Below, one piece after another: positions 1-7,815 of a DNA stretch of 21,516 bases. Every line of letters starts with the position of its first letter. Positions within the stretch are counted from its first letter, which is position 1. Made by a program: the position numbers and the translations under genes. The notes under the pieces were generated by a model. It saw only the letters and a list, made by a program, of their open reading frames with translations, did not search any database and was not told the origin of the DNA. Source of the stretch: Salinivirgaceae bacterium (GTDB lineage: Bacteria > Bacteroidota > Bacteroidia > Bacteroidales > SZUA-534); assembly GCA_024405635.1 (NCBI GenBank), contig JAKSOL010000030.1:1-21516 (forward strand). The letters are read 5' to 3'.

Positions 1-52
1 TTTTATGGCATATATTTTTATGGCATATATTTTTATGGCATATATTTTTATG
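1..52. repeat. 15-bp tandem repeat (TTTTATGGCATATAT) x3.5, possibly truncated by the window edge
   Basis: Identical units at 1-15, 16-30 and 31-45, plus partial TTTTATG at 46-52. Confidence 0.95.
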
Positions 53-142
53 ATAGTTATTATAAACCTAATTTCGGATATTGGTGAGGTTTAGAAAAGT
101 GCAATGATTGCTACCAGCACTAGACGGTGTTGTGAACTCAAC

Positions 143-175
143 AAAAAAAGTCCAATGCCAACGCATCGGACTTTT
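143..175 (-). terminator. Intrinsic terminator downstream of nadB
   Basis: Minus strand reads AAAGTCCGATGC-GTTG-GCATTGGACTTTTTTT: a stem with one G-U pair and a T7 tail, about 25 nt after the nadB stop. Confidence 0.85.
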
Positions 176-199
176 CTCGTTATACTAATGTGTATGTGC

Positions 200-1768
200 T
201 TATTTCTTTACTGGTGGATAATCAACCGTGTAGTGCAAACCAACGCTTTCTTTGCGAGCTTTTGCTTGTTTAATAATAAGGTAACCTACGTTAATCATGT
301 TGCGCAACTCGCACAATTGGCGCGATAGTGTTGAGCGTTTAAACAACTCTTCAGTCTCTTTGTAAAGCACATTAAGGCGAATAAGTGCGCGGTCAAGACG
401 AAGGTCAGAACGAACAATGCCAACGTAGTTGCTCATTATCGATTGCATCTCGTGGTAACTTTGGGTAATAAGCACCATCTCCTCGTTTAGCGATGTACCT
501 TCAAAATCCCAATCTGGTACGGTAAGTTTGTACGATAGTTTATCAACCACATCAATGGCGTGCATTGCAGCGCGGTGAGCATAAACCAACGCCTCGCTCA
601 ACGAGTTTGAAGCCAAGCGGTTGCCGCCGTGCAATCCAGTTGACGAGCATTCGCCAGCAGCGTAAAGGTGGTGAATGTGCGATTCGCCATTCATATCAAC
701 TTTAATACCGCCGCATTGGTAGTGCGCAACTGGCACAACGGGTATCATGTCTTTGGCAATATCGATGCCGATTGATGCGCATTTTTCGGTAATTTTTGGG
801 AAATGAGCTTTAAGAGCTTTCTCCTCAAGGTGGCGGCAATCGAGATATACAAAATTCTCGCCGCGAGTTTTCATTTCGTTGTCAATGGCACGAGCTACAA
901 TGTCGCGTGGAGCCAAGCAACCGCGTTCGTCGTATTTTTGCATAAATTCTTTGCCATCTTGTGTGCGAAGTATGCCTCCGTAGCCGCGCACTGCTTCCGA
1001 AATAAGAAAACATGGTTTTTCGGTTGGGTTGTAAAGTCCAGTTGGGTGGAATTGAAAGAACTCCATGCCCTCAATTGTTCCTTTTGCGCGGTAAACCATT
1101 GCAATGCCGTCGCCTGTTGCTACGGTTGGGCAAGTGGTGTTAGCATACACGTTGCCCGAACTACCTGTGGCTATCATTGTGGTTTTGGCCAAAAAGGTTA
1201 TAACCTCGTTTGAGTTAAGGTCGAGCACGTACGAGCCAAAACACTCAATGTTTTTGTTCGATCGGTGAACGTCAAATCCCAAATGGTGTTGGGTTATTAC
1301 CTCAATAGCAAAGTGATTTTCGTAAATATCGATGTTTGGGTGGCTTTTAACTTTCTCAATCAAAGCGCGTTCAATCTCAAAACCCGATTGGTCTTTGTGG
1401 TGCAATATTCGGTACTGCGAGTGACCGCCTTCGCGAGCCAATTCGTATGTTCCGTCTTCGTTTTTATCAAAGTTGGTGCCCCATTCAATCAATTCGGCAA
1501 TGCGCTCGGGAGCCTCGTGTACAAACATTTCAACCACTTCGCGATTCGAAATGTGGCTGCCGGCAATCATTGTATCGTTAATGTGTTGCTCAAATGTGTC
1601 GGGTGCGTAGGTAACTGCGGCAATTCCGCCTTGAGCAAGCGCGGTGCTACTGTGGTCAAGGTGCGATTTTGTAACTACGGCCACTTTGCCGTGTTCGGCT
1701 ACTTTTAATGCGTAGGTAAGCCCTGCAACGCCCGAGCCTATCACTAAAAATTCGTATTCTTTTCTCAC
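200..1768 (-). CDS. nadB: L-aspartate oxidase
   Basis: FAD motif VIGSGVAG, plus AQGGIAAV, REGGHS, FFQFHPT, LISEAVRG, LAPRDIVARAID, HYQCGGI, GLHGGNRLASNSL and ESVGLHY. Start moved from 1948 to the GTG at 1768, just before the Rossmann fold; the longer ORF would overlap hemW. Confidence 0.96.
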   Translation of the reverse strand: MRKEYEFLVIGSGVAGLTYALKVAEHGKVAVVTKSHLDHSSTALAQGGIAAVTYAPDTFEQHINDTMIAGSHISNREVVEMFVHEAPERIAELIEWGTNFDKNEDGTYELAREGGHSQYRILHHKDQSGFEIERALIEKVKSHPNIDIYENHFAIEVITQHHLGFDVHRSNKNIECFGSYVLDLNSNEVITFLAKTTMIATGSSGNVYANTTCPTVATGDGIAMVYRAKGTIEGMEFFQFHPTGLYNPTEKPCFLISEAVRGYGGILRTQDGKEFMQKYDERGCLAPRDIVARAIDNEMKTRGENFVYLDCRHLEEKALKAHFPKITEKCASIGIDIAKDMIPVVPVAHYQCGGIKVDMNGESHIHHLYAAGECSSTGLHGGNRLASNSLSEALVYAHRAAMHAIDVVDKLSYKLTVPDWDFEGTSLNEEMVLITQSYHEMQSIMSNYVGIVRSDLRLDRALIRLNVLYKETEELFKRSTLSRQLCELRNMINVGYLIIKQAKARKESVGLHYTVDYPPVKK

Positions 1769-1805
1769 TGTATTAAAAAATTTAGTTGAGTCCGAAAAAG
1801 TGAGC

Positions 1806-1813
1806 CAAATGTA
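1806..1813 (-). promoter_or_regulatory. Bacteroidetes sigmaA -7 box for nadB
   Basis: TACATTTG on the minus strand matches TAnnTTTG, about 37 nt upstream of the GTG. Confidence 0.6.
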
Positions 1814-1915
1814 AGTAAAAGCCGTTTTCGTTATTCCGTAATTGGTGTGGGTTTTATCTTGTTCAGAGTGCGGATTGCTATAACTTAAAACTTGGCCTAC
1901 ATAAAACTTAATATG

Positions 1916-1923
1916 TACCTTCG
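1916..1923 (+). promoter_or_regulatory. Possible -7 box for the hemW operon
   Basis: TACCTTCG(CAC), one mismatch to TAnnTTTG, 4 nt before ATG 1928. Confidence 0.45.
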
Positions 1924-1927
1924 CACT

Positions 1928-3052
1928 ATGGCTGGAATATATATTCACATACCATTTTGCTCAAAACGTTGTGGTTACTGCGATTTTTTTTCAACTACGC
2001 AGTTGGCCCGTCGTCACGACTATGCGGTGGCAGTAACTCAAGAGTTGCAACAACGTAGCCACTATCTTGATGGCGAAACAGTGTCAACTATCTATTTTGG
2101 TGGAGGTACTCCATCGGTGCTTAATGTTGCCGATGTTGAATTGATTATTGGTACTATTCGTTCGCTTTTTTCGGTTGATGCCGATGCTGAAATAACATTT
2201 GAGGCTAATCCCAACGACCTTTCGGTTTTGTATTTACAAAGTTTGAGTAATGTGGGCATCAATAGGTTGAGCATTGGTGTTCAGTCGTTTTCAGACCAAA
2301 GACTTATGCTAATGAACCGTCGCCACAATGCGCAACAAGCCATTGATGCGGTGCGCAATGCACAGCAGTTTTTCTCTAACATTAGCATCGATTTAATTTA
2401 TGGATTGCCCAATATGACAATCGACGAGTGGCGGCAACAGTTGAATATGGTTACACAACTTGGCGTTCAGCATCTTTCGGCCTATCATTTGAGCTACGAG
2501 CAAGGCACCGCTTTTTGGGGCAAGTTGCAACGCCACGAACTTGCTGAACTGGCCGAACAAACTAGTCTCGACTTGTTTGATGAACTTACGCAATGGGCTT
2601 TGGCTAATAATTTTGAACATTACGAAATATCAAATTTGGCATTACCGGGCTATCGCTCGCGCCACAATTCAAGTTACTGGCAACGTGTAAAATACCTTGG
2701 AGTGGGAGCTGCTGCTCACTCGTACAACATAGAGTCGCGCGGTTGGAATGTATCGCACTTGGCAAAATACATTAACTCGGTTGCAGCTGGCAAGGTTGAT
2801 GCCGAAATTGAGCAACTAACACCATCTGACTCGTTTAACGATTATGTGATTACAGCCTTGCGCACCTCGCAAGGAATTGATTTACGCTGGCTTGAGCAGA
2901 ACTATGCAGGCAAAATGCTAGCCAACTTAAAAAAACAAGCCGAAAAGTATATCTCGAGCGGACATTTGCAGCAACTTGGCTCGCAACTAAAACTAACTCA
3001 CGCTGGGGTAATGATTAGCAACGTGGTGATGGAAGATTTGATTTACGTTTAA
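1928..3052 (+). CDS. hemW: Radical SAM heme chaperone HemW (HemN-like)
   Basis: GIYIHIPFC, CxxxCxxC (CSKRCGYC), YFGGGTPS, NRLSIGVQSF, DLIYGLP, HYEISN and the HemW-type HNxxYW (HNSSYW). ATG 1928 preferred over TTG 1892. Confidence 0.92.
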   Translation: MAGIYIHIPFCSKRCGYCDFFSTTQLARRHDYAVAVTQELQQRSHYLDGETVSTIYFGGGTPSVLNVADVELIIGTIRSLFSVDADAEITFEANPNDLSVLYLQSLSNVGINRLSIGVQSFSDQRLMLMNRRHNAQQAIDAVRNAQQFFSNISIDLIYGLPNMTIDEWRQQLNMVTQLGVQHLSAYHLSYEQGTAFWGKLQRHELAELAEQTSLDLFDELTQWALANNFEHYEISNLALPGYRSRHNSSYWQRVKYLGVGAAAHSYNIESRGWNVSHLAKYINSVAAGKVDAEIEQLTPSDSFNDYVITALRTSQGIDLRWLEQNYAGKMLANLKKQAEKYISSGHLQQLGSQLKLTHAGVMISNVVMEDLIYV

Positions 3053-3064
3053 TTTCGTTTTAAT

Positions 3065-3760
3065 ATGAAAAAGAAACTTGTGGTACTTACAGGCGCTGGC
3101 ATTAGTGCCGAAAGCGGAATAAGCACTTTTCGCGACAGCGACGGCCTTTGGAATAACTATAAAGTTGAAGATGTGGCAACGCCTGAAGGTTTGGAGCGTA
3201 ATCCAAAATTGGTGCTTGATTTTTACAACAACATGCGAGCCGATTTGCCTAACCATAAGCCTAACAATGCTCATTTGGCTTTAGCAAGACTGCAGCAACA
3301 GTTTGATGTGTGCGTAATAACTCAAAATGTTGACGATTTGCACGAACGTGCTGGCAGCAACCACATTATCCACTTGCATGGCGAACTGACTAAAGTGCGA
3401 AGCATGCGCAACGAAAATTTAATAACCGACATAGGCTACAACTCAATCAAGTTAGGCAATTTAGCTGCCGATGGCGCACAACTTCGTCCTCACATTGTGT
3501 TTTTTGGCGAGCAAGTACCCGAAATTGAAACCGCCATTCCACAAGTTCAGCAAGCCGACATTTTTGGAATTATTGGCACATCGTTGGTGGTGTATCCTGC
3601 CGCGGGGTTGCTCAATTATGCGCAACGCAATGTGCCTATTTTTGTTATCGACCCAAAACAAGTGCCGCTGCCAGCCAATCGCAACATTAAATTTGTGCAA
3701 AAAGGAGCAGGCGACGGTATGGTTGAAATAGAACAATGGCTTAACGAAAATTACTTGTAA
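3065..3760 (+). CDS. cobB: NAD-dependent protein deacylase (class III sirtuin, CobB-like)
   Basis: TGAGISAESGISTFRD, ITQNVDDLHERAG, HLHG, LRPHIVFFGE, IGTSLVVYPAA. Confidence 0.93.
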   Translation: MKKKLVVLTGAGISAESGISTFRDSDGLWNNYKVEDVATPEGLERNPKLVLDFYNNMRADLPNHKPNNAHLALARLQQQFDVCVITQNVDDLHERAGSNHIIHLHGELTKVRSMRNENLITDIGYNSIKLGNLAADGAQLRPHIVFFGEQVPEIETAIPQVQQADIFGIIGTSLVVYPAAGLLNYAQRNVPIFVIDPKQVPLPANRNIKFVQKGAGDGMVEIEQWLNENYL

Positions 3761-4363
3761 ATGAAACAGTTATTGCTTTTAGCACTGTTGTTGCCAATTT
3801 TTGTAACCGCTCAAGATTTTGGCGCTCGAGCAACCGTTGGTTTAGTGGCATCGCAAATCGATGGCGACAAAATGAATGGGTTTCACAAACTTGGCTATGT
3901 TGTTGGTGCCGATGTTAATCGCCGATTTTCAAAAAGTTGGGGCGGACAAATAGGCTTGCGAGTCATTCAAAAAGGTAGCGCCAGCACCGACGAACAATCG
4001 TTTTATAAAGCAAAACTAAACTATGCCGAAATGCCAGTGTGCGCCACTTTTCATTTGAAACAAATGGTGTTTGAGGGGGGCTTAACAGCTGGTGTACTTG
4101 TGCACTCGCTCGAAGATGTTGAAGGCTACGGCTATGCTCAGCCTGCTTATTCGTTTGCAAAATTTGAATTAGGTTCAATAGTGGGCATTAGTTACCGATT
4201 GTTGCAAAACATTGATGTAACTGCGCAATTTGCTTACTCTTTGTCGCGCATTAGACCCTACACTTCGGCGCATTCGGCTTATATGGATGGCGGTGAGCAT
4301 AACAATTTGCTGACGTTTGCCGTGAGCTATGTTTTTGCCGATAGCAAAATTCTGAAACACTAG
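3761..4363 (+). CDS. Outer-membrane beta-barrel protein (small, PorT/OmpA-barrel-like)
   Basis: Signal peptide ending VTA/Q, SQIDGD..GFHKLG N-terminal motif, LNYAEMP strand, alternating amphipathic strands, final strand LTFAVSYVF. Abuts the cobB stop (TAAATG). Confidence 0.72.
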   Translation: MKQLLLLALLLPIFVTAQDFGARATVGLVASQIDGDKMNGFHKLGYVVGADVNRRFSKSWGGQIGLRVIQKGSASTDEQSFYKAKLNYAEMPVCATFHLKQMVFEGGLTAGVLVHSLEDVEGYGYAQPAYSFAKFELGSIVGISYRLLQNIDVTAQFAYSLSRIRPYTSAHSAYMDGGEHNNLLTFAVSYVFADSKILKH

Positions 4364-4378
4364 TATTAACCCAAAACT

Positions 4379-5446
4379 ATGGCACGACGATTTACAATAC
4401 CTGTTGAAAAAGTTGATTTTTCGCCACTAGTGGCAGTGGTAACCGATTTAAAAATATATCAGCTTGCCCTTAAACTTGGCAAAATGTTGGCAATGGATTT
4501 TCATTTAACCGACTCGGTAATGTCCGATAAAGGCCAACTTTTCCCAACCATGCAAGCAGCAACCGAGCGCACACGCATCTACATAATACAAAACCGAGTT
4601 AACAATGTTTTGCTTGAACCTAAACATCCGCTAGTAAACTTCTTTGTGCGCGTTGAGAGTCGCGACATTGGCGCTGGCGACATTGTGGCAAATTTGCTAG
4701 GTGCGCAAGACATTCGAACTTGCATCGATTACACCAACGAAGTGAGCGACAAAAGTGTTCTTAAATACGAAAGTATATACATCAATAAACTAAATCCCAG
4801 TCAGTTCGATGTTGTTATTTTCGATTTTGGCGGTGTAATCCTCAACATTAATCCGCAAGTAACTCGCTACCAGTTTGCACAATTGCTTGGCACCGACTGT
4901 GCAGCACAAGTTGAAAAATCGCAGTGGTTAGTAGCACTTGAGCGTGGCGAAATAGAGTGGGGCGAGGTTGTTGCAAACATTCAGCAAATTGCACCAAAAC
5001 CAGTCTCGGAGTTAGAAATTCGCAACGCATGGAACGCAATGCTACTCAACTATGAGCCCGAACGCATAAAAAAACTAAAACAAATGCGCCGCTACTGCCG
5101 GTTGGTGCTTTTAAGCAACACAAACGAAGTACACTATCAGTGCTTTGCCGACCGATTGAAAGAACAATACAACATAACTTTCAGCGACCTGTTCGACGAC
5201 GTTTATCTCTCGCACCAAATGCATCTTATTAAACCCGATGCCGCCATTTTTGAGCAAGTGCTTGAAAATGAAAAGAAAAAATACTCGCCAAAACTTAAAA
5301 AAGCTAACTCTGAATTTTCGCCACAACGAGTTTTGTTTGTTGAAGATACTGCAGTAAACGCGCAAGCTGCCGCTCAATTTGGAATAAACACCTTGGTAAT
5401 TGAACGCAATGGCCAGTTTTACGATTATTTTAATTGGATTGAATAA
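4379..5446 (+). CDS. Fusion of an IPExxxVDY-like N-terminal domain with a YihX-like HAD phosphatase
   Basis: C-terminal part from about aa 143 has IFDFGGV, LLSNTN, KPDAAIF and LFVEDT (HAD motifs I-IV). The N-terminal ~135 aa resembles the IPExxxVDY family (YQLALKLGKML; LLEPKHPLVNFFV); that part is less certain. Confidence 0.75.
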   Translation: MARRFTIPVEKVDFSPLVAVVTDLKIYQLALKLGKMLAMDFHLTDSVMSDKGQLFPTMQAATERTRIYIIQNRVNNVLLEPKHPLVNFFVRVESRDIGAGDIVANLLGAQDIRTCIDYTNEVSDKSVLKYESIYINKLNPSQFDVVIFDFGGVILNINPQVTRYQFAQLLGTDCAAQVEKSQWLVALERGEIEWGEVVANIQQIAPKPVSELEIRNAWNAMLLNYEPERIKKLKQMRRYCRLVLLSNTNEVHYQCFADRLKEQYNITFSDLFDDVYLSHQMHLIKPDAAIFEQVLENEKKKYSPKLKKANSEFSPQRVLFVEDTAVNAQAAAQFGINTLVIERNGQFYDYFNWIE

Positions 5447-5508
5447 CCTTGCTATTAACTGATTTTTAGAAGGTTTGAAATATTTATTGACGATTAGTGT
5501 AAAAAAAA

Positions 5509-5516
5509 TAAATTTG
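5509..5516 (+). promoter_or_regulatory. -7 box for the usp gene
   Basis: TAAATTTG(CG), 34 nt before ATG 5551. Confidence 0.6.
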
Positions 5517-5550
5517 CGTCACCAAAAATAAACTTAACAAGACTACACTT

Positions 5551-6372
5551 ATGGAAACTGGGAAACGAATTATTGTTCCTTGGGACTTTACCGATGTGGC
5601 CCAAAATGCTTTGGCTCACGCTGCCAAATTGGCTAAAGCTCTTGATAATACAATCACATTGTTGCACATCAGCGACGAAAAAACAAGCGATGCTCAGCTA
5701 GAAAAACTGCAGAAAGTGGCTGCCGATGCAACCGCCTCAATTGGCATTAAGGTCGATGCTGTGGTTCGTCCCGGAAGCATCTTTACAACCATTGGCGACT
5801 ATACCAAAGAGAACAACGACATTAACTTTGTGGTAATGGGCACTCATGGTATGAAAGGTATGCAAAAACTTACTGGTAGCTGGGCGCTTAAAGTTATTGT
5901 AAGTTCAGAGGCTCCTTTTATTGTAGTGCAAGACCAACCAACTGAGAAACTTACCTACGATAAAATTGTTTTCCCTATCGATTTTAAAAACGAAAACCGC
6001 GAGAAACTTATTTGGGCAATCTACTTTGGCAAAATGTTCAATGCCAAAATCTATTTCATTGCTCAAAGTGCCAGCGGCGACCTTGCAAACCGCGTAAAAA
6101 CCAATTTGCTTTACGCTCGCCGTTACTTGGACAAATACGGTGTTGAGTACGAAATTGCCGATAATAAAACTGGTAAAATCAGCGAAAACACAATTGAATA
6201 CGCAAAAGAGATTGATGCCGACCTTATGCTAATTATGACCACCAAAAATATTGGTGCTATAGATTACGTTCTTGGTGCCGACGAGCAATACATTATTGCA
6301 AACACTGCTCGCATACCAGTTATGTGCGTTAATCCCCGCAAAGCAAAAGAATACTCGCTTGCAAAAAGCTAA
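5551..6372 (+). CDS. Universal stress protein (tandem USP domains)
   Basis: RIIVPWDFT, VVMGTHG..G...LTGSWALKVI, second domain KIVFPIDF, ADLMLIMT, IPVMCVNP. Confidence 0.92.
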   Translation: METGKRIIVPWDFTDVAQNALAHAAKLAKALDNTITLLHISDEKTSDAQLEKLQKVAADATASIGIKVDAVVRPGSIFTTIGDYTKENNDINFVVMGTHGMKGMQKLTGSWALKVIVSSEAPFIVVQDQPTEKLTYDKIVFPIDFKNENREKLIWAIYFGKMFNAKIYFIAQSASGDLANRVKTNLLYARRYLDKYGVEYEIADNKTGKISENTIEYAKEIDADLMLIMTTKNIGAIDYVLGADEQYIIANTARIPVMCVNPRKAKEYSLAKS

Positions 6373-6391
6373 ATAATAAGCCAACACTTAT

Positions 6392-6426
6392 AAAGCCTCG
6401 TTCAAAATATTGAGCGAGGCTTTTTT
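6392..6426 (+). terminator. Intrinsic terminator after usp
   Basis: AAAGCCTCGTTCAA-AATA-TTGAGCGAGGCTTTTTT. Confidence 0.9.
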
Positions 6427-6439
6427 GTTATAATGATGC

Positions 6440-6447
6440 TAAATTTG
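6440..6447 (+). promoter_or_regulatory. -7 box for the histidine kinase gene
   Basis: TAAATTTG, 31 nt before ATG 6479 and just after the usp terminator. Confidence 0.55.
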
Positions 6448-6478
6448 TGCGTTTACGACTCAATAAGCGTTTTTAACC

Positions 6479-7636
6479 ATGAATAACTTTTACCAAAACC
6501 AAAATCGTTGGAAAGTGGTTTTTATAATAGGAGCTCTGTTTATTTACGGAGTGTCGGCCTATTTTACCAACCGCATAGTCAAAAATATGTCAGTTGAAGA
6601 GCGCAAGCGAATGGTTATTTGGGCCGAAGCTACCGAACGCATTGCAATAAGCAACGACGGAGCCGAAATGGGTTTTTATTTAAACATTATTCAAAACAAC
6701 ACAACCATTCCAGTTATACTAACCGACGGTAATAACAAAGTACTTTCGGTTATGAATTTGCCACAAATGCGACAAAACGATTCGGCATATTGCCAAAAAC
6801 GTATTGCTGAAATGCAGTTGCATCACGAACCCATTGTGGTTGAACTTGGACAAGGACTAACAAACATTATTTATTACGACGATTCAACCATTTTGCGGCA
6901 ATTGTCAGTGTTCCCAATAATTCAGCTTGGCGTGGTTTCGCTGTTTGTAGTATTAGCCTATTTTGCATTCAGTTCGGCACGCAAAGCCGAGCAAAACGGA
7001 GTGTGGGTGGGCATGTCAAAAGAAACTGCGCATCAACTTGGTACTCCAATTTCGTCGCTCATGGCTTGGAACGAAATACTAAAACAAGAACCTAATGCAA
7101 ATTCAGGTTATCTGTCTGAAATGCAAAAAGATGTTGATCGATTGCAAATGATTGCCGACCGATTTTCAAAAGTAGGTTCGTTGCCCGACCTTCAGCCTAC
7201 TAATTTAAATCTAGCCATAGCCGAAGCTGTTGACTACATGCGCGCCCGTGTGTCAAGTAACATAAACATATCTGTAACCGATAAAACTACGGGAAATGTT
7301 CAAGTTGCTCTTTGTGCATCGTTGTTTAACTGGGTTATTGAAAACCTGATAAAAAACGCAATGGACGCCATGAACGGTCGTGGCTCTATAACTATATCAA
7401 TAACCGAACAAGGTAAACAAGCAGTGGTTCTTGTTTCCGACACGGGAAAAGGCTTGCCAAAAAGCAAATTCAAAACAGTGTTCAACCCCGGTTATACAAC
7501 CAAACAGCGCGGTTGGGGGTTAGGCTTGTCGCTTGCCAAACGTATTATTGAAGACTATCATTGCGGAAAAATTATTGTTTCGGCATCGGAGATAAACGTG
7601 GGCACCACATTCAAAATAACGCTGCCAATTGTTTAG
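6479..7636 (+). CDS. Membrane sensor histidine kinase (two TM segments, HisKA + HATPase)
   Basis: H-box KETAHQLGTPISSL, N-box ENLIKNAMDAM, G1 DTGKG, F box VFNPGYTTK, G2 GWGLGL; two hydrophobic helices flank a periplasmic domain. Confidence 0.93.
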   Translation: MNNFYQNQNRWKVVFIIGALFIYGVSAYFTNRIVKNMSVEERKRMVIWAEATERIAISNDGAEMGFYLNIIQNNTTIPVILTDGNNKVLSVMNLPQMRQNDSAYCQKRIAEMQLHHEPIVVELGQGLTNIIYYDDSTILRQLSVFPIIQLGVVSLFVVLAYFAFSSARKAEQNGVWVGMSKETAHQLGTPISSLMAWNEILKQEPNANSGYLSEMQKDVDRLQMIADRFSKVGSLPDLQPTNLNLAIAEAVDYMRARVSSNINISVTDKTTGNVQVALCASLFNWVIENLIKNAMDAMNGRGSITISITEQGKQAVVLVSDTGKGLPKSKFKTVFNPGYTTKQRGWGLGLSLAKRIIEDYHCGKIIVSASEINVGTTFKITLPIV

Positions 7637-7706
7637 TAATTGTACCGAATAAGAAGCGAGCGCAAAGTTGTTAGGCAACTTTGTCACATTTTTCATCAGA
7701 AAAAGT

Positions 7707-7757
7707 TGCAAATTTGTCAGTGTTTGGCACACTTTAATGCTTGGCACAAATTGTGTT
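7707..7757 (+). promoter_or_regulatory. Candidate operator plus sigma54-like element upstream of groES
   Basis: TGCAA-ATT-TGTCAG (7707-7720), 20 nt, then TTGGCACAAATTGTGT from 7741 (GG-N10-GT). An extra TTGGCAC lies at 7724-7730. Confidence 0.5.
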
Positions 7758-7815
7758 AAAACAATAAGCGTTGACAAAAAAACTAAAGTTTAATTACATA
7801 AAATTCAAATTGAAA

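Noticed and set aside
1-52. CRISPR array
   Set aside because: Units are contiguous 15-mers with no spacers, and there are no cas genes in the window.
63-93. Hairpin TAAACCT...AGGTTTA as a structured RNA
   Set aside because: Only a 7-bp AT-rich stem with poor inner pairing and no recognisable family.
104-1708. Plus-strand ORFs 104-328, 803-1213 and 1265-1708
   Set aside because: Antisense shadows of nadB with no recognisable motifs.
1769-1948. N-terminal extension of NadB in the ORF track
   Set aside because: It overlaps hemW and both promoter boxes; homology begins at GTG 1768.
7724-7750. CIRCE (HrcA) operator before groES
   Set aside because: TTGGCAC occurs as a direct repeat; the right arm GAGTGCTAA is absent.
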